DNA of 61,004 nucleotides, the filler included. It is 5 parts of 5 records of this genome, joined end to end, with 100 filler letters (N's around TTAATTAATTAA, not from the genome) between each part and the next. Parts side by side here need not be neighbours in the genome. Positions count along the whole stretch, not along the records: positions 21,965 to 34,308 come from DRR378314_257; positions 34,409 to 54,451 come from DRR378314_261; 3 more parts are not named here. The stretch is one strand, 5' to 3'. Positions 30,632-41,981 of the stretch are shown here, piece after piece (position 1 is the first letter of the stretch; every line of letters begins with the position of its first letter). The position numbers and the translations under genes were made by a program. A model generated the notes under the pieces. That model had not been told where the DNA came from and did not search any database. It saw only the letters and a list, made by a program, of their open reading frames with translations.

Positions 30632-32833
30632 ATGTTTCACTTAGCTGCGCGGGCATTCACCGCTGTTTTCACCCTATCCACGGTCACGTTCATGGTGGGC
30701 TGCGACGGCAGTGGCGACGCGAACGACGACGTAGCAGGCCGAGGAAACAGCTTCCCGCCCACAAAAAACGCGATCGACGACTTCACGCCCGGTTCCACCG
30801 GTGACTCCAACAACGCGTCTGGCCTGAGCAGAGATGAAGTGCGAATCACCATGGAGGTGCCAGAATCCGTTGCACCAGACGGTGAGTTGACCCGCCGCAA
30901 CCTGCGGATCGTGGAACCGGACACCATTCGGGTTTACCAGACCGACCAGACCCTCCGCGAGCTCGGCTCCGTCGACATCCGCTCTCGCCGGGAAGACAGC
31001 GGGCGAACCGTTATCCGTTTCGAGAACGGACAACCGATAGGGCCAAATGTTGTTATTGAAGCCACCTATGGCAACGCCCGCATGCGATCGCTGGCCGCCG
31101 ATGCGGACCGGGACCTGAAGGTGAACCCATTTTCGGAATACCTGGTGGCGAACTCGCTGGACAGCTACAGCGCCGGCGAGTTCTCACAGATCATGGACTG
31201 CGTGAACGACGTAAACAGCACCCTCTGTCTGAACAAGTATGTGTGGTCCACCCTCGCCGATCAGGTCCATGATTTCGAAATCGACATCCCCGGCAACCTG
31301 GATGTCGACGGTGCGCTTACCCTACTCGAGGAACGTGGAGATTTCGCCCGATATGTGGACGCTATGGCCGATTATGCGCTGCTGGGGGAAAGCTCCTCCG
31401 GCAAGATAGAAGCAAGCTCTGCGAATTACCACTCGGTGTTCTGGGGCGTGGAATTGGGTCAGACGTTTCTCGAATCCAGCATTGCCGGCTCTGGCCAATG
31501 GGGCGTGCGGATCGCCCGCGAGGAAACCATCACCGACCAGAATGGCACCGGCTATATCTACCCAGGCATGACACTGACCTCCTTCGACGCCTTCAATATT
31601 CGAGTTACGTCCCTGGCCAGCGATATTCCCTATGACCGCCGGGCGCTGATACACGCCGATGGCAATGAATTCTTCGACCGTCCGGCCTGGGACCTGAATA
31701 CTCACGCGTCCTCGCCTGGCGCAGCCACCATAGATGAGGAGATCCGCCTTCTCGCCGGCCGGGCGCTTTACCAGAGCATCACAGGCCGGGGCAGCTCGCA
31801 AATCATCGGCTGGACCCGCAACCCGTATTACCTGGATGCTTACGTCGGCGGTGGCACCGAGCAGCCAGACCGCGTGCTCGGCAGCTATTTCAGTGCCGGG
31901 AAAGCGATTGAACTGCGCTCAGAAAGCGGCGAACTGAAACGCGAACGCACACTGGAAGATCACTACCTGTCCGTGTTTGAACTGAACCTGCTGAAGAGAG
32001 AAGGATTCGAGCGGCAGACACTGGATGGCCGGGACTATAACGTCGCTTACCTTTCAACACGCATGGGCGATGACAGCCAGCCCTTCGTGGTCGAAGCGGG
32101 CGTGGGGAACTGGCAGATCAGCGGCCCTTCCGTCACCCAGACCATGGCCACCACTACCCTGCGCCGGGACAACACAGGGACCGTCACGGTTGCCGTACCA
32201 GCGGACAATCCGGGCCAACGGGATGCCAATTGGGTGATCAGCGCGCGCCAGTCGCGGGTATACGACCCGAACAACGGAAACCGTATCGTCAGCAATGGGC
32301 GTCTCAACCTGGACCGTGACAGCGCATCCGGTCTGGATGAGAAACCGGATATTGCCGTCGGTGCGTCAACGCCGGACGGGTCCCTTTTGGCCTTCAACCT
32401 GGACACCAGCGCCATTGGCGATGGGCTTCTGGTAGCCGCCGAGCAGGCCAATGCGTCACCGCCCAGCCAGGGGCGCTACCGACTTCAGGGCGTGGGGTTG
32501 GGCATGGACCAGGCCAATAATCGGCTGACGCATTTCGATAATGCCCTGCTGGTCATTGAGTCATCCGGTACCGCTCGCCTGGAGGGCAGAACGTTGGACA
32601 TCATCCATCAGGTCGATGCCGAATCGGTTTCCACTCCCCAGGCAGAGTCCCCCGGGACGGTATCCCTGACGTACGCGGCCAGCAACAGTGGAACCGCAAC
32701 GTTTAGCGCAGGTAGCCTGACCCTGAACGGCTTCTTTACCGGCGATCAGGATCAGTTTTTCCTTCAACTCAGACAGACAGACGGTCAGGAGGAAGTACTT
32801 GGGCTGCTTATGGCGACACGCCTGCCAGAATAG
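30632..32833 (+). CDS. Large uncharacterised lipoprotein (733 aa)
   Basis: MFHLAARAF...MVGC lipobox, Gly/Ser/Asp linker, beta-rich C-terminal region. Confidence 0.75.
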   Translation: MFHLAARAFTAVFTLSTVTFMVGCDGSGDANDDVAGRGNSFPPTKNAIDDFTPGSTGDSNNASGLSRDEVRITMEVPESVAPDGELTRRNLRIVEPDTIRVYQTDQTLRELGSVDIRSRREDSGRTVIRFENGQPIGPNVVIEATYGNARMRSLAADADRDLKVNPFSEYLVANSLDSYSAGEFSQIMDCVNDVNSTLCLNKYVWSTLADQVHDFEIDIPGNLDVDGALTLLEERGDFARYVDAMADYALLGESSSGKIEASSANYHSVFWGVELGQTFLESSIAGSGQWGVRIAREETITDQNGTGYIYPGMTLTSFDAFNIRVTSLASDIPYDRRALIHADGNEFFDRPAWDLNTHASSPGAATIDEEIRLLAGRALYQSITGRGSSQIIGWTRNPYYLDAYVGGGTEQPDRVLGSYFSAGKAIELRSESGELKRERTLEDHYLSVFELNLLKREGFERQTLDGRDYNVAYLSTRMGDDSQPFVVEAGVGNWQISGPSVTQTMATTTLRRDNTGTVTVAVPADNPGQRDANWVISARQSRVYDPNNGNRIVSNGRLNLDRDSASGLDEKPDIAVGASTPDGSLLAFNLDTSAIGDGLLVAAEQANASPPSQGRYRLQGVGLGMDQANNRLTHFDNALLVIESSGTARLEGRTLDIIHQVDAESVSTPQAESPGTVSLTYAASNSGTATFSAGSLTLNGFFTGDQDQFFLQLRQTDGQEEVLGLLMATRLPE

Positions 32834-32911
32834 CTGCCAGCAAACCACGCGGGCGACGCTGACGTATAACCTGTTATAATTGCAGTCATATCAATTGTAA
32901 CGCGAGGTTTT

Positions 32912-33838
32912 ATGTCTTCTGGTATCCGGGCTCTGAGGCTGATTATTCCGCTGGTGATATTTGGCGTGTGGGGCATAGTGCACACGCCGAACCCGGACCT
33001 TGACCGCGACAATGAAGACTCCGATATCGCCCTGGCCAAACTGCCGTCACTCCCTGCCTGGTCACGAGCTGACTTGCCGGATTTCTCAGCCTATCGCGAT
33101 ACCACTGAAAAAAAAGCCGCGTTTTTCTCGTTCCTGTATCCACGCATTGTGCTGGCAAACTCGCGCATTCTTATTGAGCGCGAGTATCTGGACAGCCTGT
33201 CTGGCAAAGATGAACTCAGCAAGTCGGAACTGAGCTGGCTGAAAAACCAGGCCGAACGGCTGAGGGTGGACGAAGAGCCCGCCAGTGAGAATATGTTCCG
33301 ACGCCTGCGAAACCGACTTGATGTAATTCCGCCGTCACTGGTGCTGGCACAGGCGGCGAACGAATCTGCCTGGGGCACTTCCCGATTTGCCCGCAAAGGC
33401 AACAACCTGTTCGGACAATGGTGCTTTTCCAAGGGCTGCGGCATTGTGCCCCGGGGCCGTGTTGAAGGCGCCAGCCATGAAGTCGCGAGTTTTTCCTCGC
33501 CGTATCTGTCTGTACGCTCCTACATCCAGAATCTGAATCGCCATCCGACCTACCAGTTGCTCAGGGACATTCGCCTGAAAGCCCATAATCGCGGTGATCT
33601 GGCCGATGGTTCCAGGCTTGCTGCCGGCCTGCTGGGGTATTCCGAACGCGGCGAGGACTATGTGGAAGAGATTCGAAGCATGATTCGCCACAACAACCTG
33701 GGTTATTACGACGAGGACTTCCAGGCCATTATTGAGGATACGGACTCCCAGGAATTGTTGGAGCTGGCCTCGGCGAAGCAGGAAAAGGCATTGCTGCCCG
33801 GGGCCACCACCGCTGGCGAAACCAGTAGCGAAGGCTGA
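32912..33838 (+). CDS. Glucosaminidase (GH73, Bax-like) peptidoglycan hydrolase
   Basis: N-terminal anchor; AQAANESAWGTS, NNLFG and YSERGEDY motifs. Confidence 0.88.
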   Translation: MSSGIRALRLIIPLVIFGVWGIVHTPNPDLDRDNEDSDIALAKLPSLPAWSRADLPDFSAYRDTTEKKAAFFSFLYPRIVLANSRILIEREYLDSLSGKDELSKSELSWLKNQAERLRVDEEPASENMFRRLRNRLDVIPPSLVLAQAANESAWGTSRFARKGNNLFGQWCFSKGCGIVPRGRVEGASHEVASFSSPYLSVRSYIQNLNRHPTYQLLRDIRLKAHNRGDLADGSRLAAGLLGYSERGEDYVEEIRSMIRHNNLGYYDEDFQAIIEDTDSQELLELASAKQEKALLPGATTAGETSSEG

Positions 33839-33887
33839 CCCAGCCCTCTATTAACCAAGTTGATTCGTATTCCGGAGACATCGGTCA

Positions 33888-34308
33888 ATGTCCAGGTTCT
33901 TGCCTGCACCTGTCAAAGGTGTGCTCGCAGTGCTTTGTATTGTTCTTAACACCCTTTGGCTTTTCCCCATTCTGATGGTGTTTGCCGTGATCAAGTTGTT
34001 GATCCCGACACCCTCGGTTCGCAAGGGCTGTACCATTGTGCTGAACCGCATCGCGTGGCTCTGGGTCGGTTTCAACAATGTACTGGCCGACGTACTTCAC
34101 GATATCGAGTGGGACGTGCGCGGTGCCGAGGGCCTGAGCCGGGAACACTGGTATTTTGTGACCTGCAACCATCAGAGCTGGGCGGACATTCCCGCCATCC
34201 AGCACGTGTTGAACAGCCGCATTCCGCTATTAAAGTTTTTTCTGAAACAGCAATTGATCTGGGTGCCCTTGCTGGGCGTGGCCTGGTGGGCGCTGGATTT
34301 TCCGTTCA
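33888..34308 (+). CDS. PlsC/YihG-like acyltransferase (3' truncated)
   Basis: NHQSWADI and FFLKQQLIWVPLLG..WWALDFPF. Confidence 0.85.
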
Positions 34309-34408
34309 NNNNNNNNNNNNNNNNNNNNNNNNNNNNNNNNNNNNNNNNNNNNTTAATTAATTAANNNNNNNNNNNNNNNNNNNNNNNNNNNNNNNNNNNN
34401 NNNNNNNN
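34309..34408. other. Artificial contig spacer
   Basis: N44-TTAATTAATTAA-N44. Confidence 0.98.
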
Positions 34409-34537
34409 TTCCCGTATGCGCGCGCTTCACAGCTCTCCGTCACATATTGTTGGCAGCCTGTGAATTTCCCGCGAATCCCTGTCACCTCCGAGCATTCGGT
34501 TCTTGCCGACGCAGATTAACAACGGCAAAGAGGCGAC

Positions 34538-35920
34538 ATGACCGAACAGTCCGTTCAGCCTGCGCAGGCCGCTGAGACGCCAAACGTCGATCCGGACCTG
34601 CTGGAAGATATCATCGAGTCGATCGATGAGCGCGATACCCGCTGGCTGGCGCGGACCCTTCAACGCATGCACCCGGCCGATGCGGCGGATGCGCTGGAAG
34701 CGCTATCATTCGACACGTTTTCCGAAGCTGTGGAACTGCTGGGCGGCGAATTGCCGGCAGACATCCTTATCGAATTGCGCGATTCCTATCGGGAAGAGGC
34801 GGTCGAGGTGCTGCCCGATGCAGCCGTTGCGAGCGCGCTGGATGAGCTCGACTCCGATGATGCAACCACCATCCTTGAAGACCTCGAAGATGATCGGCGC
34901 GAGCGCATCCTGGAAGACCTCGCGCCGATTGACCGGGCTCAGCTTGAGCGTGGTCTTTCCTATGAAGAGGAATCGGCTGGCCGTCTCATGCAGACGGAAT
35001 TTGTCGCTGCGCCGGAATATTGGACGGTGGGCCACGCTATCGACCATGCGCGCGATATCGGCGAGGAATTGCCCGAAGTCTTCTATGAGCTTTACGTTAT
35101 CGACCCCGGTCACCGCTTGATCGGCATCGTCCAGCTGGCAACCCTCCTGCGGACGGCGCGCGATGTCCAGCTGTCAGACATCATGAAGGACCCGCTCTCC
35201 TCCCTGAAGCCCGACATGGATCAGGAAGAGGTGGCATTCCAGTTCCGCAAATACTCGCTGGCCGCGGCGCCGGTTACAGACGAAGGCGGGCGACTGGTCG
35301 GTATGATCACGGTCGACGATATGGTCGATGTCATGCAGGAAGAGAACGCAGAAGACCTGCTCTCCTTGCTCAACGTGACCTCGGCAGATGGGGCCGATAC
35401 TGTCTGGGATACGGTCAAGGCGCGGGCCCCCTGGCTGGGGGTGAATCTGTTTACGGCATTCATCGCATCGGCGATCATTTCGCTGTTCGAGGGGGCTATC
35501 GCCCAAGTGGTGGCGCTGGCCGTACTGATGCCAGTCGTGGCGGCGTTGGGCGGCAATGCAGGCAGCCAGGGGCTCGCCGTGGCTGTACGCGCCATTGCAG
35601 AGCGACAATTGGATGGCGATGCAGCGCGCCGCGCCATTCTTCGCGAAGTGCTCAGCGGCTTCGTCAATGGATTGATCTTCGCCATTGGGGTGGGGGTAAT
35701 CTCATTGGTATGGTTCCGCGATATCGAACTGGCGCTTGTGATCGCTACGGCGATGCTTGCGACATTCGTTTGGGCTGGGCTCTCCGGCATTCTCGTTCCA
35801 TTGGGATTGAAACGCCTTGGTGCGGACCCTGCGGTGGCGTCCTCTGTATTCGTGTTAACCCTGACCGATGTGATGGCATTCTTCAGCTTTCTGGGCCTTG
35901 CCTCAATCGTTTTGCTTTAA
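34538..35920 (+). CDS. mgtE: Magnesium transporter MgtE
   Basis: HPADAAD, acidic N-domain, CBS pair (AGRLM, ITVDD), GGNAGSQ, DPAVAS, LTDV. Confidence 0.95.
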   Translation: MTEQSVQPAQAAETPNVDPDLLEDIIESIDERDTRWLARTLQRMHPADAADALEALSFDTFSEAVELLGGELPADILIELRDSYREEAVEVLPDAAVASALDELDSDDATTILEDLEDDRRERILEDLAPIDRAQLERGLSYEEESAGRLMQTEFVAAPEYWTVGHAIDHARDIGEELPEVFYELYVIDPGHRLIGIVQLATLLRTARDVQLSDIMKDPLSSLKPDMDQEEVAFQFRKYSLAAAPVTDEGGRLVGMITVDDMVDVMQEENAEDLLSLLNVTSADGADTVWDTVKARAPWLGVNLFTAFIASAIISLFEGAIAQVVALAVLMPVVAALGGNAGSQGLAVAVRAIAERQLDGDAARRAILREVLSGFVNGLIFAIGVGVISLVWFRDIELALVIATAMLATFVWAGLSGILVPLGLKRLGADPAVASSVFVLTLTDVMAFFSFLGLASIVLL

Positions 35921-36027
35921 AATGAAGGCGTTGGGCCAGAATCTCGCCTCTCAGGTGAAAGGGCGCGAGAATTGCAGTGTCACACCGTAGTAAAAAACAG
36001 AACTGTCCCAGAATGGGAGCCTTTTGC

Positions 36028-37185
36028 ATGGCCGGAAACATGCGCACGTCTGATACGGGGGTCGAACTCATCAAGAGTTTCGAGGGCTTCCGTGCGCGTG
36101 CCAGTCGGCTGCCGGATGGGAAATGGCTGATCGGGTATGGGCATACGGAAACGGCGCGGGCCGGACTGAAGGTCAGTCCGTTCGATGCCGAACTCATCTT
36201 GCGCTATCGCGACCTCAAACGAATTGAGGATCACCTTGCACAGCAGGTCTTCACACCGCTTGCCCAGAATGAATTCGATGCACTGGTCTCCTTTGCTTTC
36301 AATATCGGGCTGAAAGCCTTCGATGCCTCAGATGTGCTGGCCCACCTGAATTCCGGTGACCGCATACTTGCCTCGGAAGCCATGAGCAGTTGGCGGCGGG
36401 GCAGGGTGGATGGCCAGATCCGTGTGATCGATGGCCTTGTCCGCCGCCGCGCTGTTGAAGTTGCGATGTTTCTCGACACGCCGCGCCAGAGGGTTGCGAT
36501 CCCCAGCGCCCTGGTTCGTCCGGAGCGTGATGGCTTATCCGGGCTGAATTTGTCTAGGGAAGGTTCCGTTGTTCTGGAATCCCGGCCCGAGGCAGAACGT
36601 GCCCGATCAACGCCAGAGCGCGAAAGCGCTCCTGAAGCTGCCGCCCGTGCCGTGGCGCAGCGGCTGACGCGTATTCTGGGGGAGAATGGCTCGCTTGCTT
36701 CGGGAGAGACCGGGATAGAGCCAAGCGGTGATTCCACGGTCGACGAAATTACACGTGCCGTGTCCGCTCTGGCAGGCCCCGAAGGAAATGGCGACCATCC
36801 GCCGCCAGCCTCCATGTCTGAACGGCGTCGCGCGCATCGCCCGCAAGAGCCTGAAGATGAGCTACAGGTGTCGACGCGCCAGATTGTTGTAGACGACTTG
36901 GCGAAGGTGCATGTCGACACGAGCCGCCGGACCACGCCAGCACAAGAGGAAGTGGCTGATTTCGCTCCGCCATACAATCTCCGCTGGGTGCCGTTTGCAC
37001 TTCTGGCCGGCCTTGGCACGATTGGCCTTTACGAGGGGCTGCGGCGCATCGTGACCGGATCGGCCAGCCGAATTGGCGAAACCGCGACGCAAGGTTACAG
37101 CGGTCCGCTCCTGACACTCGGTGGCGGCTTTCTGTTGTTTGTGTCAGTTTACTATCTCTACCGCATGCTTGCTCGCGAGGATTAG
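36028..37185 (+). CDS. spmX: Polar development protein SpmX (GH24 muramidase domain, linker, two C-terminal TM helices)
   Basis: IKSFEG (E19), IGYGHT, FDALVSFAFNIG, GLVRRR; mgtE-spmX-ivd synteny as known for Caulobacterales. Confidence 0.88.
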   Translation: MAGNMRTSDTGVELIKSFEGFRARASRLPDGKWLIGYGHTETARAGLKVSPFDAELILRYRDLKRIEDHLAQQVFTPLAQNEFDALVSFAFNIGLKAFDASDVLAHLNSGDRILASEAMSSWRRGRVDGQIRVIDGLVRRRAVEVAMFLDTPRQRVAIPSALVRPERDGLSGLNLSREGSVVLESRPEAERARSTPERESAPEAAARAVAQRLTRILGENGSLASGETGIEPSGDSTVDEITRAVSALAGPEGNGDHPPPASMSERRRAHRPQEPEDELQVSTRQIVVDDLAKVHVDTSRRTTPAQEEVADFAPPYNLRWVPFALLAGLGTIGLYEGLRRIVTGSASRIGETATQGYSGPLLTLGGGFLLFVSVYYLYRMLARED

Positions 37186-37221
37186 GCTGACAGGCGGGAA
37201 AAGAATTGCTAGGTCACCGCC

Positions 37222-38394
37222 ATGATTCCGAACACATATCCCACATTGAACTTCGATCTCGGCGAAACTGCCGACATGATCCGTGAAACGGTGGCAAGTT
37301 TTGCCCAGAACGAACTTGCGCCTCGCGCTGCCGAAATTGATCGGACGGACACGTTCCCCCGTGACCTGTTGCCCAAGATGGGCGAGCTCGGCTTGCTGGG
37401 CATCACCGTCGAGGAAGAATGGGGCGGCACCGGACTTGGCTATCTAGAACATGTCGTCGCGATGGAAGAAATTTCCCGGACGTCGGCCTCGGTTGGCCTC
37501 TCCTATGGCGCGCACTCCAATCTGTGCGTGAACCAGCTACGACGCTGGGGGAATGATGACCAGAAATCCCGCTACCTGCCCAAGTTGATTTCCGGAGAGC
37601 ATTTGGGCGCGCTCGCGATGAGTGAGAGCGGCGCGGGCTCAGATGTCGTATCCATGAAACTGCGCGCAGAGAAAAAAGGCGACCGCTATGTGCTGAACGG
37701 CACGAAGATGTGGATCACCAATGCGCCGGACGCGGACACGTTGGTTGTCTATGCCAAGACAGAGCCCGAGGCCGGATCGCGCGGCATCACCGCGTTCCTG
37801 ATCGAACGGGATTTCCAGGGTTTCTCCGTGGCGCAGAAGCTGGACAAACTCGGCATGCGTGGGTCCGAGACAGGCGAGCTGGTTTTCGATAATTGCGAAG
37901 TACCGGAAGAAAACGTCATGGGCCCGCTGAATGGTGGTGTTGGCGTTCTGATGAGCGGCCTGGATTACGAGCGCGCGGTGCTGTCTGCTGGCCCGACCGG
38001 CATCATGCAAGCCTGCATGGATGTCGTGGTCCCGTACATCCATGACCGGAAACAGTTCGGTCAATCGATTGGCGAATTCCAGTTGATCCAGGGCAAGCTG
38101 GCGGACATGTATGTCCAGATGAATGCGGCGAAAGCGTACGTTTATGCTGTGGCCAAAGCCTGTGACCGGGGCGAGACGACCCGCAAGGATGCCGCTGGCG
38201 CCATTCTGTATGCGGCCGAAACCGCCACCAAATTGGCGCTTGATGCGATCCAGATTCTGGGCGGCAATGGCTATATCAATGAATACCCGACCGGACGTCT
38301 GCTTCGCGATGCCAAGCTCTACGAGATCGGGGCAGGGACGTCGGAAATCCGCCGTTGGTTGATTGGCCGGGAGCTTTTCGGTGAAACGGCTTAA
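37222..38394 (+). CDS. ivd: Isovaleryl-CoA dehydrogenase
   Basis: [36 protein letters not shown]. Confidence 0.95.
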   Translation: MIPNTYPTLNFDLGETADMIRETVASFAQNELAPRAAEIDRTDTFPRDLLPKMGELGLLGITVEEEWGGTGLGYLEHVVAMEEISRTSASVGLSYGAHSNLCVNQLRRWGNDDQKSRYLPKLISGEHLGALAMSESGAGSDVVSMKLRAEKKGDRYVLNGTKMWITNAPDADTLVVYAKTEPEAGSRGITAFLIERDFQGFSVAQKLDKLGMRGSETGELVFDNCEVPEENVMGPLNGGVGVLMSGLDYERAVLSAGPTGIMQACMDVVVPYIHDRKQFGQSIGEFQLIQGKLADMYVQMNAAKAYVYAVAKACDRGETTRKDAAGAILYAAETATKLALDAIQILGGNGYINEYPTGRLLRDAKLYEIGAGTSEIRRWLIGRELFGETA

Positions 38395-40187
38395 GCTGGG
38401 CAGCACAATTCCTTGATTTTCTTGCCTTCGAAGGCTTTCATCGTGGCGACATAGCCAGCCTCGACGGTTTCATCATATGCGTCCCAGTCGCGCAATTGCA
38501 CATCGGCCAGTTGTGGCAGGACAAGAACATCGGCCATGTCATGGCCGAATTTCGTGTCTGCACGGATTGTGGCCGTGCGCATCAACAGGCCTGCAATTGG
38601 GGGCGGGCTGGAGAAGCCATTGTTGAACACCCAGCGGAAAAAGCCCGGTGGGTCTCGGAATTCAGCGAGATCCATGTTCTCCGGCTGGCGAGTCACGTCG
38701 GACCCGATGACAAACCCACGATGCATGTCACGCATGATGTCCGCCGGAAAATTGTTCAGCACCGCGCCATCCACCAGCAGGTCTTGCCCATCCACGACCG
38801 GTGGAAGAATGCCGGGCAGGGAGATCGTGGCGCGAAGGGCATGACGCAGCAAACCCTCACGATGGATGCGCGTGGCGCCGCTGGTGAGATTGGTTGAGGT
38901 ACAGAAGAAAGGCAGGTGCAGGTCTCCGATTTCTGCTTCGCCAAAATGTTCTTTCAGACGCGCATTCACCCGCGCACCTTTGACCATGCCGACCACCGGC
39001 AGATGGTAATCGCCGAGCGGGTTGCTCTCCACGAATGCTTTCCGGATGCGGAGTTCGATTTCAGCATCACTCCACCCCATGGCGACGCAGGCGGCCACGA
39101 CAGACCCCATTGAGGCGCCACCCGTGAAGTCGATCGGGATACCCATTTCCCGCATCGCTTTCACAACACCAATATGGGAATAGGCGCGCGCGCCGCCGCC
39201 AGACAGGATCAAACCGACTGAGACGCCAGCCATAATGCGGGCGAGCCTATCGCAATCATTCCCCTCGACCTGGTTCCAGTGGAACACGCGGGTCGCGCCG
39301 GACGCGGCGACCCATTCGGCGGGCTTCGCACCGCGACGCTGGTCGCCATGATGCAGCAACACGACGTCGACCAGCTTCAATGCTCGCGCCGGAGACTCAT
39401 CATCCGGCATCAATGGGTTGGACGGCCGGGCATCGGCGCGGCCAACAACCCAGATCCTGTCCGCTTGGCGCATGGAAAGCCGGAACCAGGCATTGTCGCC
39501 AATCGCCGAGACCAGGATTACGACATCATGCGTGCGTTCAAGCTCGTCAAAATAGGCGGCCGGGCGCTCATCCCCCATAGACTCATCAACAATGATGGCT
39601 TTTCGGCCAAGCCTCTCCAGGGCCTGTTTGAGTGAGCGTGCCCGCAGCTTCAGGTCGATCGTCGGGGAGGTGGCCACCAGCGTGTAGACCTTCGGCGCAG
39701 CGCTCGCCACGCGGTCACCGGATTTGCCAAGCCGCTGCAGGATCACGCGAATCATGGATTCCAGCAATTCCGGCTCGGCGCGGACCATTCGGTCCCATCC
39801 TTTGCGAGACACACCGACCACCTCAGTGTCGCGCAGCGCGTAAACCGAGCTGGTATGTGGCGCATCATTTGGCTGGCCATCACCGGTCAGGTCGACGCCG
39901 CCCAGGAATAGCGACATTTCACCTGCCGGTTCGCCAGAGCGAATATGACCAATGAATTCGGTCTTGGCGTGCGGGCCTTCGCGGAAGATGCCCAGCGTGC
40001 CCGACAGGACAAAATAGAGCGTGTCGGCGGCTTCTCCGGCCAGGTAAAGCGGCTTGCCGGCAGGGATGGAAAACCATTTGGCTTCCTTGCCCGCGGCCCG
40101 CATGGCGCGGCGAGGCACATCTTTCAGGAATTCAATGGCCCTGAGGCGGGGAGTGATATCGAAGCCCATGTTGGTGAACATGCCCAT
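38391..40187 (-). CDS. Cyclic-nucleotide-binding domain plus patatin phospholipase (NTE/RssA-like)
   Basis: cNMP fold (LYFVLSG...GEMSL), GGGARA, GASMG nucleophile, DGA; exact start uncertain. Confidence 0.88.
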   Translation of the reverse strand: MGMFTNMGFDITPRLRAIEFLKDVPRRAMRAAGKEAKWFSIPAGKPLYLAGEAADTLYFVLSGTLGIFREGPHAKTEFIGHIRSGEPAGEMSLFLGGVDLTGDGQPNDAPHTSSVYALRDTEVVGVSRKGWDRMVRAEPELLESMIRVILQRLGKSGDRVASAAPKVYTLVATSPTIDLKLRARSLKQALERLGRKAIIVDESMGDERPAAYFDELERTHDVVILVSAIGDNAWFRLSMRQADRIWVVGRADARPSNPLMPDDESPARALKLVDVVLLHHGDQRRGAKPAEWVAASGATRVFHWNQVEGNDCDRLARIMAGVSVGLILSGGGARAYSHIGVVKAMREMGIPIDFTGGASMGSVVAACVAMGWSDAEIELRIRKAFVESNPLGDYHLPVVGMVKGARVNARLKEHFGEAEIGDLHLPFFCTSTNLTSGATRIHREGLLRHALRATISLPGILPPVVDGQDLLVDGAVLNNFPADIMRDMHRGFVIGSDVTRQPENMDLAEFRDPPGFFRWVFNNGFSSPPPIAGLLMRTATIRADTKFGHDMADVLVLPQLADVQLRDWDAYDETVEAGYVATMKAFEGKKIKELCCPA

Positions 40188-40304
40188 TTCGATTCCCTTT
40201 TCATAGCCTTTCGATCATCCTGTGTGTTTCAAATTCGCATGACGTCCGCGTGACACGCGCGCCGCACGCCGCTAAGCAGGCACAAAATTCCAGTGGGAGG
40301 CTTT

Positions 40305-41912
40305 ATGCCGGTTCTGAAATCCAGCCTAGATGTTTCGGGAAGCAAATTTGCCGCCAACAAGGCCGCGATGGAGATGCTTCTTGCCGAACTGCGTGAGAAG
40401 ACGTTCGAAGCATCCCTCGGGGGACCTGAAGCATCCCGCCAGCGCCATGTAGACCGGGGCAAATTGTTGCCGCGCGAACGTGTCGAACGGTTGCTGGATC
40501 CGGGCTCTGCATTCCTAGAGATTGGCGCGCTGGCCGCGAATGGGATGTATGACAATGAAGCCCCCGGCGCGGGCCTGATCACAGGTGTTGGCCGGGTCGA
40601 GGGGCGCGAGTGTCTGATCGTCTGCAATGATGCGACGGTCAAGGGCGGCGCGTATTTTCCGATGACGGTAAAGAAACACCTCCGCGCGCAGGAAGTCGCG
40701 CTGGAGAATCATCTGCCTTGCATCTATCTGGTCGATTCTGGTGGCGCGAACCTGCCGCACCAGTCTGAAGTTTTCCCGGATCGAGAGCATTTCGGGCGCA
40801 TCTTCTACAATCAAGCCCAGATGAGTGCGAAGGGCATCCCCCAGATCGCCTCTGTGATGGGAAGCTGTACGGCGGGCGGCGCGTATGTACCGGCCATGTC
40901 GGACGAAACAATCATCGTGCGCAAGCAGGGCACGATCTTCCTTGGCGGCCCGCCGCTGGTGAAGGCTGCGACGGGGGAGGTAATCTCCGCCGAAGACCTT
41001 GGCGGCGCGGATGTGCATACGCGCCAGTCCGGCGTGGCAGACCATTATGCAGCTCATGACTCCCATGCGCTTGCTATTGTCCGGTCCATTGTCCGCACAC
41101 TGGCAAAGCCGAAACCGCAGCCCTTTGATCTTACCGATCCGGCAGAGCCTCTTTATGACCCCGCGGAGTTGCATGGCCTGGTACCACAGGATGTGCGGGA
41201 GCCTTACGATGCCCGTGAAGTGATCGCTCGTCTTGTCGATGGCTCCGAATTCCATGAGTTCAAGAAACTTTATGGCGAGACGCTGGTCTGCGGTTTTGCG
41301 CGGCTTTATGGCATGCCGGTGGCAATTCTGGCCAATAACGGCATCCTGTTCTCGGAAAGCGCGCAAAAGGCCGCGCACTTCATCGAACTGGCGGACCAGC
41401 GTCGCATTCCGCTGGTCTTCCTGCAGAACATTACCGGCTTCATGGTCGGTTCGAAATACGAGGCGGGCGGCATTGCCAAGGATGGTGCCAAGATGGTCAC
41501 AGCTGTGGCGACAGCCAGCGTGCCGAAATTTACCGTGGTGACCGGCGGCAGTTTTGGAGCCGGCAATTACGGTATGTGCGGTCGGGCCTACAGCCCACGC
41601 TTCCTGTTTATGTGGCCGAACGCGCGCATCTCCGTCATGGGCGGTGAGCAGGCGGCCAGCGTTCTGGCCACGGTCAAGCGCGACGGCATCGAGCGCAAGG
41701 GTGGCGAATGGTCCGCCGAGGAAGAGGACAGTTTCAAACAGCCGATCCGCGACCTCTACGAGGCCGAAGGCTCTCCCTACTTCTCCTCGGCGCGCCTCTG
41801 GGATGATGGCATCATCGACCCGGCTGATACCCGCCGTGTCCTTGGCCTCGCCCTGTCAGCCAGCCTCAATGCTCCGTTCCCGGACAGGGGGTTCGGCGTG
41901 TTCCGGATGTAG
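40305..41912 (+). CDS. liuB: 3-methylcrotonyl-CoA carboxylase beta subunit (carboxyltransferase)
   Basis: [47 protein letters not shown] upstream. Confidence 0.92.
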   Translation: MPVLKSSLDVSGSKFAANKAAMEMLLAELREKTFEASLGGPEASRQRHVDRGKLLPRERVERLLDPGSAFLEIGALAANGMYDNEAPGAGLITGVGRVEGRECLIVCNDATVKGGAYFPMTVKKHLRAQEVALENHLPCIYLVDSGGANLPHQSEVFPDREHFGRIFYNQAQMSAKGIPQIASVMGSCTAGGAYVPAMSDETIIVRKQGTIFLGGPPLVKAATGEVISAEDLGGADVHTRQSGVADHYAAHDSHALAIVRSIVRTLAKPKPQPFDLTDPAEPLYDPAELHGLVPQDVREPYDAREVIARLVDGSEFHEFKKLYGETLVCGFARLYGMPVAILANNGILFSESAQKAAHFIELADQRRIPLVFLQNITGFMVGSKYEAGGIAKDGAKMVTAVATASVPKFTVVTGGSFGAGNYGMCGRAYSPRFLFMWPNARISVMGGEQAASVLATVKRDGIERKGGEWSAEEEDSFKQPIRDLYEAEGSPYFSSARLWDDGIIDPADTRRVLGLALSASLNAPFPDRGFGVFRM

Positions 41913-41981
41913 TAATCCTACGTATAAGGCCGCATCGCCACGCATGGTAAACAGTTCTTGTTCCCGACAGGAGGCTGACCC

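Noticed and set aside
36028-36480. Phage lysozyme as evidence of a prophage
   Set aside because: No other phage genes nearby; the fusion to linker and TM helices and the mgtE/ivd context identify host SpmX.
38391-40187. Patatin as a CBASS or other anti-phage effector
   Set aside because: No cyclase or defence genes nearby; the architecture is the NTE/RssA-like cNMP-patatin in a metabolic neighbourhood.
40239-40254. TGACGTCCGCGTGA as a LiuR operator upstream of liuB
   Set aside because: Only a partial ACGT-N2-ACGT match, and no similar site was seen before ivd, liuC or liuD.
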